NCBI GenBank assembly: GCA_965250035.1
Contig: OZ252282.1
Location: 2,472,515-2,536,514, forward strand
From: Enterobacterales bacterium
GTDB taxonomy: Bacteria; Pseudomonadota; Gammaproteobacteria; Enterobacterales; GCA-2746155
Direction: 5' to 3'
Length of the DNA stretch: 64,000 nt
Both the position numbers and the translations under genes were made by a program. Shown piece by piece: positions 18,119-28,197 of the stretch (within the stretch, counting starts at the first letter, position 1; the number at the start of each line of letters is the position of its first letter). Under the pieces are notes generated by a model that saw only the letters and a program-made list of their open reading frames with translations, was not told where the DNA came from and did no database searches.

Positions 18119-19279
18119 ATGAACCGTCTGCTGTTCTTAATTGTAATCCTGATTATTTATGGCTCCTTATATCCATTTAAATTCTCTGGTCAAATCCCAG
18201 ATTTAAGCCAAACCTGGGATTTTTTTAGCAACTATAGTCTACGAACAACTCGTAGCGATATTATCGCTAATATCATCCTTTTTATTCCTTACGGATTTGT
18301 TGTCAGAGTCTGCCTGAATCAGTATCGCCAACGAATTAAAGGGGCCCTGCTTCTATTTTGTTTTGCCGTAGTACTGGCATATACATTACAGTACCTTCAA
18401 TTTTTCCTTCCAGCGCGTGTGGCAGATGCGAGCGATGCCGTTTATAACTTACTGGGGGTGATTCTGGGGATGATAGTTTCTCACCTACTCATTCAATATT
18501 CACATAACCACATACCACAGCGTGATCGACATCAAACTTCCTGGTCACAGGTCAGCATACCGTTATTACTTGCGCTGTTATGGGTCTGTTATCGTTGGTT
18601 TCCCTTTATTCCTCTGGCAGCAACGGAATCAATCATTGCCAGCTTGAATCCAATTATCAACCGACCAGAACTTGATTTGTTTATCATCCTGCGTGATGGC
18701 ATCAGCTGGTTGATTTTTTTCTTCCTGTTATCTCAGCCACCATTTGATAAACAGCCACGCTTCAGAGTTTTAAAAATAGCAGCTCTGATTTTGATGGTGG
18801 AGCTGTTTATCATTAACAATCAGATTACAGTAAACGACTTGCTCGCAATGCTAAGTGCCTTTGCCATATACGCCTCACTGGATTTCAAGGCTATCAAATC
18901 GTCACTTGGCTGGAGCCTACTCTTTGCCATGTTATTTACATGGCTAACTCCACCGGACGGAGATGTTCTAGTACGAGGAATGAATTGGATTCCCTTTAGT
19001 TCCTATCTGCAATCTAATCCTTGGCTTGAGACAGAACAAATCTTACTTAAACTGTACTTGATTGGTACCTTAATCTTCGTATTAAAGAATCAATGGTTTG
19101 AATATCGCATGGCGACATTGGTGAGTTTTGTGTTTGTCTTCCTGCTAACCATTATTCAGTCATTTATAGCCATTTATCGGCCAGATATAACCGATGCTAT
19201 CGCCGTTTTATTTTTAGGCTGGGCCATGTTTTCTATCGACAAACAGGCATCAGAGGAACGTACTCTGGCAATGAAGTGA
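18119..19279 (+). CDS. VanZ-like domain polytopic membrane protein
   Basis: 386 aa. The N-terminal roughly 120 aa look VanZ-like (IIYGSLYPF..., DAVYNLLGVILG), followed by about 7 further hydrophobic segments of unknown family. Confidence 0.6.
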   Translation: MNRLLFLIVILIIYGSLYPFKFSGQIPDLSQTWDFFSNYSLRTTRSDIIANIILFIPYGFVVRVCLNQYRQRIKGALLLFCFAVVLAYTLQYLQFFLPARVADASDAVYNLLGVILGMIVSHLLIQYSHNHIPQRDRHQTSWSQVSIPLLLALLWVCYRWFPFIPLAATESIIASLNPIINRPELDLFIILRDGISWLIFFFLLSQPPFDKQPRFRVLKIAALILMVELFIINNQITVNDLLAMLSAFAIYASLDFKAIKSSLGWSLLFAMLFTWLTPPDGDVLVRGMNWIPFSSYLQSNPWLETEQILLKLYLIGTLIFVLKNQWFEYRMATLVSFVFVFLLTIIQSFIAIYRPDITDAIAVLFLGWAMFSIDKQASEERTLAMK

Positions 19280-19356
19280 CAAGACTTTTATACTTGCCAT
19301 TGATTTGAAAACTTGAATAATTATCCGTATTTGAACTGCTTCTAAGGGAACCAGAT

Positions 19357-20019
19357 ATGAACTCACCTAAAATCGCACCATCAATTTTATCAGCCGATCT
19401 GGCCAGGCTTGGCGATGATGTACAGGGCGTCATCGATGCCGGCGCAGACTGGGTCCACTTCGATGTCATGGATAATCACTATGTTCCTAATCTGAGCTTC
19501 GGACCAGAGATTTGTAAGGCGCTAAAAAACTATGGCATACAGGTTCCGATTGATGTGCACCTGATGGTAAAACCAGTGGATCGATTAATCGGTGATTTCA
19601 TTGATGCCGGTGCAGATTACATTACTTTCCATCCTGAGGCTTCTGAACACATCGATCGCTCTCTGTCATTGATCAAAGATGCCGGTGTAAAGGCTGGCCT
19701 GGTATTTAATCCCGCGACCCCACTGGATGTCTGTCAGCACGTGATGGACAAACTCGATATGATCTTGATTATGTCAGTAAATCCAGGTTTTGGTGGTCAG
19801 AAGTTTATCCCCGAAGCGCTGAATAAGTTAAAGCAGGCACGTAAACTGATTGATGACTATAATCCCAATATTCGACTGGAGATAGATGGTGGCGTTAAGG
19901 TTGATAACATTGCTGAAATAGCAGCCGCAGGAGCAGACACCTTCGTTGCCGGCTCTGCGATCTTTAACTCTCCTGATTATGAAGCGACAATTTCGGCCAT
20001 GAAACAGGCAATAGGTTAA
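19357..20019 (+). CDS. rpe: ribulose-phosphate 3-epimerase
   Basis: Motifs [39 protein letters not shown] and DGGV. Confidence 0.96.
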   Translation: MNSPKIAPSILSADLARLGDDVQGVIDAGADWVHFDVMDNHYVPNLSFGPEICKALKNYGIQVPIDVHLMVKPVDRLIGDFIDAGADYITFHPEASEHIDRSLSLIKDAGVKAGLVFNPATPLDVCQHVMDKLDMILIMSVNPGFGGQKFIPEALNKLKQARKLIDDYNPNIRLEIDGGVKVDNIAEIAAAGADTFVAGSAIFNSPDYEATISAMKQAIG

Positions 20020-20029
20020 GGATTAGATT

Positions 20030-20791
20030 ATGACTAAACTATGGCGAGCCAAACTGCGAGCTTTTTCGATACATCTTTTATTCAGTGCGACACTGATTGG
20101 TGGTTTTATGTATGTCATCATGTTTCACTGGTTCCCGGGCCAGTTATTCTACTTTGAGAATGTCTGGGAGGGGCTACAAATTCTGGTACCAGTGGATGCG
20201 ATCCTTGGTCCATTGTTGACACTGATCATTTTCGTGCCCGGCAAAAAGGGGCTAAAGGGTGATTTAGCCATCATTATTACTCTACAACTGGCGGCATTAG
20301 CCTATGGCGGTCATGCGATCTATGGCTCCAAGCCAGAGGTCCTGGCATTTGTAGGCGATCGATTTGAAGTGATAACCAATGCCAGTTATGAGCGCGACAA
20401 GGTGCCGGCTGATGTCGCCGCCTTGTATGGAAAAACTAATCCACTATTGATTTATCCACTGCCTGGGCAATCGACCGAAGAGCACAATGAGTTCGTGCTC
20501 AACAACGTGCAATATCAGCAGATGGCGGAGCGCTACAGGCCACTGTCCGAATACCGGGAAGAAGTCCTGGCAAGAGCACTGGACATCCAGCGTATTAAGC
20601 CTTTGATGCAACAAGAGGTCGATTTATTGGCAGAATTCCAAAAACGCTATGATCCCCAGGATCATGCCCTGTTTATCCTGCAAGGTACTACTAAGGATTT
20701 CATCATAGTGTCGCTGAATATGAAAACCTTTGAGGTGCAAGACTATCTACCGATCGATCCCTGGGATATCTACGATTTCCCCGACAAGTAA
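20030..20791 (+). CDS. membrane protein, tentatively type IV pilin accessory (TfpY/TfpZ/FimB-like) family
   Basis: 253 aa with an SD (AAGGA). Three N-terminal TMs with VDAILGPLLTLIIF.PGKKGLKGDL..I..LQLAALAYG, then a soluble domain. The family assignment is from memory and has low certainty; the coding call itself is solid. Confidence 0.6.
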   Translation: MTKLWRAKLRAFSIHLLFSATLIGGFMYVIMFHWFPGQLFYFENVWEGLQILVPVDAILGPLLTLIIFVPGKKGLKGDLAIIITLQLAALAYGGHAIYGSKPEVLAFVGDRFEVITNASYERDKVPADVAALYGKTNPLLIYPLPGQSTEEHNEFVLNNVQYQQMAERYRPLSEYREEVLARALDIQRIKPLMQQEVDLLAEFQKRYDPQDHALFILQGTTKDFIIVSLNMKTFEVQDYLPIDPWDIYDFPDK

Positions 20792-20796
20792 TTTTT

Positions 20797-21044
20797 TGAA
20801 TCCTTTGTCTAGTTCTTACTCGCCGATAGTTTAAATATTCGCGGAGCGAGACTGATCCATAGAAATTTGTTTTTCGAGGTCTTTCACGCATGATTTTTCA
20901 CAGAACGCAATTACGAATTTCATTTTTCAGGTTCTTTCATGTCGATAGTTCAATTATTCGCGGAGGGAGACAGGAGTTTACTAATAGTAAATGACTGGCG
21001 ATAGACAATGAATAATTGGACTAGCGGCTGAAAGAACCGAAAAA
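20797..21044. repeat. modular degenerate direct and inverted repeats filling a convergent intergenic region
   Basis: 41-nt direct copies at 20812-20852 and 20931-20971 (34/41 identical; core CGATAGTTnAAnTATTCGCGGAGnGAGAC). 5' half-module TTTTTCnAGGTnCTTTCA at 20870-20886 and 20923-20939. An inverted copy at 21010-21044 pairs with 20923-20959 (about 16 bp plus 14 bp stems). A nested perfect palindrome TTTACTA-A-TAGTAAA lies at 20977-20991. Confidence 0.75.
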
Positions 21045-21680
21045 CTACTGGGGATCGTGGATAACCATGGTTTTGCCCGACACGTCTATGTGCCCCTGCT
21101 GCTGCAGAGACTTCAAGACTCGACCTACCATCTCACGCGAGCAGCCGACGATTCGTCCCAATTCTTGACGCGTTATCTTAATTTGCATACCTTCTGGATG
21201 AGTCATAGCCGTGGGTTGTTTGGCCAGGTCAATTAGCGCATGGGCTACGCGCCCTGTGACATCCAGAAATGCCAAATCTCCAACTTTTCGACTGGTAATA
21301 CTAAGGCGCTTGGCCATTTGACCAGACAGCTTAAGTAATAGGTCAGGTTTCTCCTGATATAGACTGGTGAAACGTGAATAACTAATTTCTGCCACTTCGG
21401 ACTCTTCTTTAGTGCGAACCCAGGCACTGCGGTCCTTCAGTTCTTCGAATAAGCCCATTTCACCAAAGAAATCACCTGCATTCAGGTAAGCCAGTACCAA
21501 TTCTCGCCCCTCATCATCCTCGATGTAAACGGTCAGTGATCCGGAAACAATGAAAAACAGGGATGTTGGCTCATCACCCTTGTGAATGATGATGTGCTTG
21601 GTTGGCAATTTCCTTACATGACAATGAGTTAGAAACCACTGCAGTAAAGGCTCTCTGGAAATATGAAATGGTGCTTTCAT
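21045..21680 (-). CDS. crp: cAMP receptor protein family global regulator (CRP/Vfr)
   Basis: Near-colinear with remembered E. coli CRP ([49 protein letters not shown]). ATG 21680 gives a CRP-length protein of 211 aa. The track start at 21803 is upstream read-through. Confidence 0.93.
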   Translation of the reverse strand: MKAPFHISREPLLQWFLTHCHVRKLPTKHIIIHKGDEPTSLFFIVSGSLTVYIEDDEGRELVLAYLNAGDFFGEMGLFEELKDRSAWVRTKEESEVAEISYSRFTSLYQEKPDLLLKLSGQMAKRLSITSRKVGDLAFLDVTGRVAHALIDLAKQPTAMTHPEGMQIKITRQELGRIVGCSREMVGRVLKSLQQQGHIDVSGKTMVIHDPQ

Positions 21681-21797
21681 AGAGTCTCTAAGTCCGTTTG
21701 CAATGTACAACAGTATACACCATGATTGGCATTGCTCAATATGTAAGATTACGTGAGACAAAAACGTCACAATGTGAATAGTTATCAGGAGATAGGG

Positions 21798-22232
21798 ATG
21801 CAAACGAGAGTTAAGTGGATTGAGGATTTGACCTTCATGGCTGAGTCAAATAGCGGTCATGCAATTTTGATGAGTGCCGGGGCGGAAAATGGCGGCAAAG
21901 ATACCTGTTTTCGTCCGATGGAGTTGTTATTGATGGGATTGGGTGGCTGTGCCTCTATCGATGTAGTTTCGATTTTGAAAAAAGCACGACAACAAGTGAC
22001 TGACTGTATTGCTACTGCCAAAGCCGAGAGAAATGATGGCATACCGGGCTATTTCACCAAAATACATGTTGAATTCAGCGTCACAGGACATGAGTTATCT
22101 GATAAACAGGTTAAACGAGCTGTTGATATGTCGTTCGAGAAATATTGCTCAGCATCGTTTAGCTTGAGGGAGACGGCAGATATTACCTGGAATTATGAAA
22201 TAATTGAATCCAATTCGAATGGCGCAACCTAA
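21798..22232 (+). CDS. OsmC/YhfA-like family protein
   Basis: ATG 21798 is preceded by AGGAGATAGGG. OsmC-fold motif [19 protein letters not shown]. It is divergent from crp, as yhfA is in E. coli. Confidence 0.85.
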   Translation: MQTRVKWIEDLTFMAESNSGHAILMSAGAENGGKDTCFRPMELLLMGLGGCASIDVVSILKKARQQVTDCIATAKAERNDGIPGYFTKIHVEFSVTGHELSDKQVKRAVDMSFEKYCSASFSLRETADITWNYEIIESNSNGAT

Positions 22233-22233
22233 G

Positions 22234-22884
22234 TTAGATCCAGTAGGTTGTTTTAGTCATGACTTTTGAAGTCATTTCCATTAGAGTTTTGACATTCGAT
22301 GGAAGCTCAGCGGCGCCATGTTCTATTGCCGCCGTAGCATGATTCATCTCATCGGTCTTCATAACTTCAAGAATTGCTCTGCTCTTGTTATCCTGTTCAG
22401 GTAACTTGAGCAGGTGATTATCTAGATGTTTAACTACTTGGCGCTCTGTTTCTGCGACGAAGCCCAAACTCCACTTATCACCTACAAGCCCAGCCGCTGC
22501 ACCCAGCGCTACCGAGCCGAGGTAAAATACGGGATTGAAAATACTGGTATGGCTATTCATCTGGGAAATCCTGCTAGCAGTCCAGGCTAGATGATCGTTC
22601 TCCTCAGCCGCAGACTGTTGCATTTTCTCTCTGACTTCAGGTTGGCGTGCAGTTAGTGCCTGTCCTTGGTACAGACCCTGCGCGCAGACTTCGCCACAGT
22701 GATTGACTCGCATCAATCCGGCCACATGTTTTTGTTCCTGCTCCGACATATCCGATTCAGTTATCTCATCTGCCGGATTATTCCGTTCAGTTATCGCTGG
22801 ATTGTTAAACAGGGTACGCAGACCAACATCCAGGCCATTTATCAGATCATCGATTACATCAAAATTTCTAGTTGATTTGCTCAT
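22234..22884 (-). CDS. coq7: demethoxyubiquinone hydroxylase (Coq7 family di-iron monooxygenase)
   Basis: Motifs HVAGLMRVNHCGEVCAQGLYQGQ and EENDHLAW...EMNH di-iron ligands. The start could be 22884 (MSKST) or 22914. Confidence 0.9.
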   Translation of the reverse strand: MSKSTRNFDVIDDLINGLDVGLRTLFNNPAITERNNPADEITESDMSEQEQKHVAGLMRVNHCGEVCAQGLYQGQALTARQPEVREKMQQSAAEENDHLAWTASRISQMNSHTSIFNPVFYLGSVALGAAAGLVGDKWSLGFVAETERQVVKHLDNHLLKLPEQDNKSRAILEVMKTDEMNHATAAIEHGAAELPSNVKTLMEMTSKVMTKTTYWI

Positions 22885-23048
22885 AGAATTACCTAGGGCG
22901 TGTTGATGTTTCATTACTTCTTATTATACCGAGAGTTGTTTTTTTACCAACACATAACGTCGTAACTCGACAAGGGTGTCAATCTGATTTTTGCACTGGT
23001 TTATTCATTTTAATGTATAATCGGGCTGTCAGATAAGGGGTCCAGCAT

Positions 23049-23894
23049 ATGAATTTGAAGCTCATCGCAAAATCAGCCAGTCAACTATTCAGCCTGCCTG
23101 AGATTTGCATCAAATTACAGGATTTGATCTATGATCCAGAGAGTTCTATGTCGGATATCGCTCAGTTAATTTCTGTCGACCCATCCTTATCTGCACGACT
23201 GCTCAAGATTGCCAATAGCTCATTTTATAGTTTCCCCTCTCAAATTGACTCTTTGAGTCGCGCCATTACACTGATTGGTACTGCTGATCTATATAGTCTG
23301 GCATTGGCAACGAGCACTCCAGAAACATTTGGTAGTCTGGAAGATAATGAGCACATTGATATGCATCGTTTCTGGCGACAATCTGTTAATACTGGCCTAA
23401 CTTCTCGCCTACTGGCAGAAGAATTAGGACTCAGGCATACCGAAGTATTCTTCCTCGCCGGCCTATTTCATAATATTGGCAAGTTGGTAATTCTCGAACA
23501 GGCTCCTGATAAGTATTTGCAGATAAAAGCACATCCGATAGATGATATGAGCCCATGGGAAATCGAAAGAAGTGTCATAGACTATACCTACGCAGATGTT
23601 GGTGACGCACTACTGGCATGCTGGAATATGCCAGAAAACTTGCGCGATATGGTGGCAAATCAACACCGGCCTGACAAAGCAGCCGACGCTAAATTTGCAG
23701 CAATCATTCATATCGCTAGCCGAGGTATTTGTCAGAAAGAATATACAAACGACAGCGGCTTTAATTTTATAGCAAGCATTCAGGACGACGCCTGGATGAA
23801 CACTGGATTAAATACAGATCAACTAGAACAATGCCTGCAGACGGCTGATTCTTGTGTACAGGAAATGATGTCTAACATGAACCTTAATGGGTAA
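23049..23894 (+). CDS. HDOD domain-containing signalling protein
   Basis: SD AAGGGG. The N-terminus LPEICIKLQDLIYDPESSMSDIAQLISVDPSLSARLLKIANSSFY is typical of HDOD domains. Confidence 0.85.
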   Translation: MNLKLIAKSASQLFSLPEICIKLQDLIYDPESSMSDIAQLISVDPSLSARLLKIANSSFYSFPSQIDSLSRAITLIGTADLYSLALATSTPETFGSLEDNEHIDMHRFWRQSVNTGLTSRLLAEELGLRHTEVFFLAGLFHNIGKLVILEQAPDKYLQIKAHPIDDMSPWEIERSVIDYTYADVGDALLACWNMPENLRDMVANQHRPDKAADAKFAAIIHIASRGICQKEYTNDSGFNFIASIQDDAWMNTGLNTDQLEQCLQTADSCVQEMMSNMNLNG

Positions 23895-23906
23895 ATGTGA
23901 CAGCTG

Positions 23907-25193
23907 TTAATCGCTTTTTTCCCTAGCTATCGCTCGGTAAGCAATATCAGTGCGAAAATAGGAGTTATCCCAATTCACTCGACTCACCAGTTCGTAGGCC
24001 CTTTTCTGGGCTTCAGTGACACTATCTCCCAAGGCTGTTACACAAAGGACGCGTCCACCAGAGGTAACAACATCGTTTGATGAGAGTGCTGTGCCTGCAT
24101 GAAATATCTTACACTCATCAGTAATCGTTTCGGGGAAAGCAATAACATCACCCTTGTTATATGACTCTGGGTATCCACCCGCAGCCATAACCACGCCTAC
24201 TGCGGCACGGTCATCCCAAATCACACTCTGAGTGCTGAGAGTTCCTGCTAATGCTGAAAGGCATAACTCAGAGAGCGGTGTTTTTAAGCGCATCATGACC
24301 GGTTGAGTTTCAGGATCACCAAAACGACAGTTATATTCAAGAACCTTGATGTTTTCATCCGCATCAACCATCAGGCCAGCATAAAGGAATCCGGTGTAAG
24401 GGTTCCCCTCTTCAGCCATACCGCGAACTGTCGGCTCAATCACCTGTGTCATAGCTCTGTTGAAAACAGTATCCGTCACAACGGGTGCTGGCGAATAAGC
24501 TCCCATTCCGCCTGTATTGGGACCCAGATCACCATTATCACGCGCCTTATGATCCTGAGAGGTCGCTAACGGCAAGATATGTTTACCATCTACCATCACG
24601 ATAAAGCTAGCTTCTTCACCCTGTAGGAATTCTTCTATGACAACTCGATGACCCGCTTCGCCAAAACGGTTGCCAGCGAGCATGTCATCAATCGCCGCGT
24701 CTGCCTCAGTCAAAGAGGCCGCAATGATGACACCTTTGCCCGCCGCTAATCCATCAGCTTTAATGACAATTGGTAGTGGTTGCGTACGAACGTATGCTTT
24801 AGCAGGTTCAATTTCTGTGAAGTTTTGATATTCAGCAGTTGGAATATTATGGCGTGCCAGGAAGTCCTTGGTGAATGCCTTTGACCCTTCTAGTTGAGAA
24901 GCACCTTGTGAAGGCCCAAAGCATGCCAGACCCGCCTGTTGGAAACGGTCGACAAGACCATCAACGAGTGGCGCCTCGGGCCCAACAACCGTTAGTTCGA
25001 TAGCGTGTTCCTTTGCAAAACTGAGTAGTGCATCATAATCGTCAGCCTTAATTGCCACATTCTCCAATTTAGGCTCTTGAGCTGTGCCGGCATTGCCTGG
25101 TGCTACATACACGATGTCGACTTGGCTGGATTGTGCTAATTGCCAAGCCAGTGCATGCTCTCGCCCACCGCTTCCTATGACTAATACCTGCAT
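23907..25193 (-). CDS. purD: phosphoribosylamine-glycine ligase
   Basis: MQVLVIGSGGREHALAWQL... with full-length PurD/ATP-grasp similarity. Confidence 0.97.
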   Translation of the reverse strand: MQVLVIGSGGREHALAWQLAQSSQVDIVYVAPGNAGTAQEPKLENVAIKADDYDALLSFAKEHAIELTVVGPEAPLVDGLVDRFQQAGLACFGPSQGASQLEGSKAFTKDFLARHNIPTAEYQNFTEIEPAKAYVRTQPLPIVIKADGLAAGKGVIIAASLTEADAAIDDMLAGNRFGEAGHRVVIEEFLQGEEASFIVMVDGKHILPLATSQDHKARDNGDLGPNTGGMGAYSPAPVVTDTVFNRAMTQVIEPTVRGMAEEGNPYTGFLYAGLMVDADENIKVLEYNCRFGDPETQPVMMRLKTPLSELCLSALAGTLSTQSVIWDDRAAVGVVMAAGGYPESYNKGDVIAFPETITDECKIFHAGTALSSNDVVTSGGRVLCVTALGDSVTEAQKRAYELVSRVNWDNSYFRTDIAYRAIAREKSD

Positions 25194-25221
25194 TCTGATC
25201 TCCTGAACTTTATCAAATCAA

Positions 25222-26796
25222 TTAGTGTTTGAAATGGCGCATCCCTGTGAACACCATGGCTAGCCCATGTTCATCTGCGGCGGCGATGACTTCATCATCT
25301 CGCATTGAGCCACCCGGTTGAATGACTGCGGCGATGCCTGCCTCTGCCGCGGCATCGATGCCATCTCTGAATGGGAAAAATGCATCCGATGCCATCACAG
25401 AGCCAGGAACTTCGAGCCCCTCATCGGCTGCTTTAATACCGGCAATCTTAGCTGAATAGACGCGGCTCATTTGGCCCGCACCTACACCGATCGTCCTACC
25501 GTCTTTAGCATAGACGATCGCATTTGACTTCACTGCCTTGGCAACCTTCCAGCAGAATAATAGGTCTTCCAACTGCTGCTCCGTTGGTTGAACCTTTGAG
25601 ACTACCTGTATGTCCTGAAGACCGATTTCACCCAGATCACGATTCTGAATTAGAAGACCACCAGTTACTCGCTTATAATCGAGACTGGCAATTGGCTTGT
25701 CCCAGGCACCTGACTCAAGACAACGTACATTTTTCTTCTGAGCCAGAATTTGTTTTGCCTCTTCTGAAATTTCAGGAGCAATAATGACTTCGACGAATTG
25801 TCGCTCTATGATTGCTGCAGCAGTTGCTGCATCTAGTGTACGGTTGAACGCGATGATGCCACCAAAAGCCGATGTGGGATCGGTTTGAAATGCCAAATCG
25901 TAGGCTGTGAGAATATTATCACTAATCGCCACCCCACATGGATTAGCATGCTTAACGATGACGCAGGCCGGCTCCTCGAAACTCTTAACACATTCTAAAG
26001 CGGCATCCGTATCAGCGATATTATTGAACGAGAGCTCTTTACCCTGAATTTGAGTCGCCGTAGATACGCTTGCTTCTGTTGCCGTTTTTTCGCGGTAAAA
26101 TGCAGCCTGTTGGTGCGGATTCTCACCATAGCGCATATCCTGAACTTTATCGAACTGAAGGCTATAGGTGGCGCTGAAGTCACTGGGTTGTGATTCCTGT
26201 TGGCTGATCTTCTGTCCCAGGTAATTCGCAATCAGACCATCATAACGCCCCGTATGGGCATAGACCTTAGCAGCTAATTCAAAGCGTAGTTGATGGGTTG
26301 TTCCTCCGACGGAATCCATCGCATGCATGACACGACTATAATCATTGCTATCTACTATGACAGTCACGGCCGCGTGATTCTTAGCACCCGCGCGTAACAT
26401 CGCCGGACCACCGATGTCGATGTTTTCAATCGCTGTCGCTAAATCGCAATCCGGTTGAGCAATCGTTGCCTCAAAAGGATAAAGATTAACAACCAGCATA
26501 TCGATCGCAGCGATACCATGTTGCGCCATAATCTCATCATCAATTCCCTGACGTCCCAGGAGGCCACCATGGATGCGAGGATGTAGAGTCTTAATTCGAC
26601 CGTCCATCATTTCTGGAAAACCCGTGAAACTAGATACGCCAGTAACGGCGATCCCATTCTCCTGCAAGAGTTTCGCAGTTCCACCTGTTGAGAGAATCTC
26701 CACTCCCTGCTGAGCAAGAAACGAAGCAAATTCGACGATTCCGGTTTTGTCTGACACACTGATGAGTGCGCGTTTAATTGATTTAGTCTCTGTCAT
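25222..26796 (-). CDS. purH: bifunctional AICAR formyltransferase / IMP cyclohydrolase
   Basis: Colinear with remembered E. coli PurH ([15 protein letters not shown]-terminal MRHFKH). ATG 26796 is preferred over GTG 26808. Confidence 0.97.
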   Translation of the reverse strand: MTETKSIKRALISVSDKTGIVEFASFLAQQGVEILSTGGTAKLLQENGIAVTGVSSFTGFPEMMDGRIKTLHPRIHGGLLGRQGIDDEIMAQHGIAAIDMLVVNLYPFEATIAQPDCDLATAIENIDIGGPAMLRAGAKNHAAVTVIVDSNDYSRVMHAMDSVGGTTHQLRFELAAKVYAHTGRYDGLIANYLGQKISQQESQPSDFSATYSLQFDKVQDMRYGENPHQQAAFYREKTATEASVSTATQIQGKELSFNNIADTDAALECVKSFEEPACVIVKHANPCGVAISDNILTAYDLAFQTDPTSAFGGIIAFNRTLDAATAAAIIERQFVEVIIAPEISEEAKQILAQKKNVRCLESGAWDKPIASLDYKRVTGGLLIQNRDLGEIGLQDIQVVSKVQPTEQQLEDLLFCWKVAKAVKSNAIVYAKDGRTIGVGAGQMSRVYSAKIAGIKAADEGLEVPGSVMASDAFFPFRDGIDAAAEAGIAAVIQPGGSMRDDEVIAAADEHGLAMVFTGMRHFKH

Positions 26797-26808
26797 TTTA
26801 TTGCCCAC

Positions 26809-27093
26809 TTACAGCATGCCATATTTCTTTAATTTCTTCCGTAGAGTACCGCGGTTTAAACCGGTGATTTGCGAAGCTTTTGTCTGATTGCCATTCGTAT
26901 GATTCATGACGGCTTCCATTAGTGGTGCTTCGACTTCACTCAGCACCATTTCATACAGATCGACAACATCCTGGCCATCGAGTTGCTGAAAATAGTTTTG
27001 CATTGCTTGGGCCACACATTCCCGTAGACATTGAGGTTGCTCATTGTTGATCTTTTGTGTGTCGTTTTCTCTGACTTGTAAGGAAACGCTCAT
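26809..27093 (-). CDS. fis: DNA-binding protein Fis
   Basis: 94 aa with the C-terminal [29 protein letters not shown]. The classical dusB-fis gene pair. Confidence 0.93.
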   Translation of the reverse strand: MSVSLQVRENDTQKINNEQPQCLRECVAQAMQNYFQQLDGQDVVDLYEMVLSEVEAPLMEAVMNHTNGNQTKASQITGLNRGTLRKKLKKYGML

Positions 27094-27121
27094 TATAGTT
27101 AATCCATCCGATGTTTATTGA

Positions 27122-28096
27122 TTAACTCGCCCTAGGTAGGGCGAATTGTGAAAGTAATTTTACTAATGCTTGTCTCTGCTCAGATGCAGTCTGTAAGCTG
27201 AATATTTTCTTCCTCTGGTCATTCAACTGCATTCTTTCGAGATACCATCCTATGTGTTTGCGTGCAATGCGAACCCCTTGAAAGTCGCCATAATGATGAT
27301 GAATCGCTTCAATATGCGAGATAATCGTGCTGTTCACATGATCCTGGCTGACAGTAGGAGTCACCACACCAGTGAGTCCTCCTTTAATCTGATTAAATAT
27401 CCACGGATTACCATAGGCTGCCCTACCAATCATCAGACCATCGGCATTGGTAAATTCTAATACCTGATTTGCTTTGTAAGCCGTGGTAATGTCGCCATTT
27501 GCGATCACCGGGATATTGACCGCCTCTTTGACCCGTCGAATGGTTTCGTACTCTGCATCACCTTTGAATCGGTCGGCACGCGTTCGCCCATGGATGGTGA
27601 TGCATTGGACGCCTGCTTGTTGCGCTATGCTGGCGATTTCCAGAGCATTTCTGTTGTCTCTATCCGTCCCTGTGCGAATTTTTACTGTGACGGGTTTATC
27701 TATCGTTGCAACTGTTTGTGTCAGGATAGCTGCTACCAGACCAGGGTCTGCTAAAAGCGCCGAGCCAGCGGCTTTTTTACAGACTTTCTTGGCGGGACAG
27801 CCCATATTGATATCTATCGCATCGGCACCCTGCGCGACATTATACTCTGCACCAGAAGCAATGATGTCAGGATCGGTACCCACGATCTGAACCCACTTGA
27901 ATGCCTCGTTTGCTGAATGTTTCAATCGTTGTTTAGATTTACTGGAATCTCGCAAGTCTGAACGAGCGGCTACCATTTCGTGAACAGCAAGATCGGCACC
28001 ATTCTGGAGGCATGCTTCACGGAAAGGAGCATCCGAAACACCTGCCATTGGCGCAAGTATAATCGGCTTTTCCTGACTGTAAGTACCAAGTTGCAT
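27122..28096 (-). CDS. dusB: tRNA dihydrouridine synthase B
   Basis: Motifs LAPMAGVSDAPFR, DINMGCPAKKV and HGRTR. It sits upstream of fis. Confidence 0.95.
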   Translation of the reverse strand: MQLGTYSQEKPIILAPMAGVSDAPFREACLQNGADLAVHEMVAARSDLRDSSKSKQRLKHSANEAFKWVQIVGTDPDIIASGAEYNVAQGADAIDINMGCPAKKVCKKAAGSALLADPGLVAAILTQTVATIDKPVTVKIRTGTDRDNRNALEIASIAQQAGVQCITIHGRTRADRFKGDAEYETIRRVKEAVNIPVIANGDITTAYKANQVLEFTNADGLMIGRAAYGNPWIFNQIKGGLTGVVTPTVSQDHVNSTIISHIEAIHHHYGDFQGVRIARKHIGWYLERMQLNDQRKKIFSLQTASEQRQALVKLLSQFALPRAS

Positions 28097-28197
28097 GTTG
28101 TTTTCGGCTATTTGAAGCTGGTGAAAAAATGAACAGCGTTAAGGCGACGCATCATACCTGTTTAGATCAGGTAGTGGAAGTAGAATCTAACGTTTTT

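Noticed and set aside
21752-21777. CRP-like half sites (cGTGA...TCACAaTGTGA) in the divergent region between crp and the yhfA-like gene.
   Set aside because: The GTGA and TCAC halves are 10 nt apart, not the 6 nt of the canonical TGTGA-N6-TCACA site. The TCACA/TGTGA pair is everted. An autoregulatory site is possible but the sequence alone does not support it.
28155-28173. Hairpin TACCTG-7 nt-CAGGTA downstream of the zinc-ribbon/DUF3426 gene, in the dusB upstream region.
   Set aside because: The stem is short and there is no U-tract. It cannot be called a terminator or operator from sequence alone.
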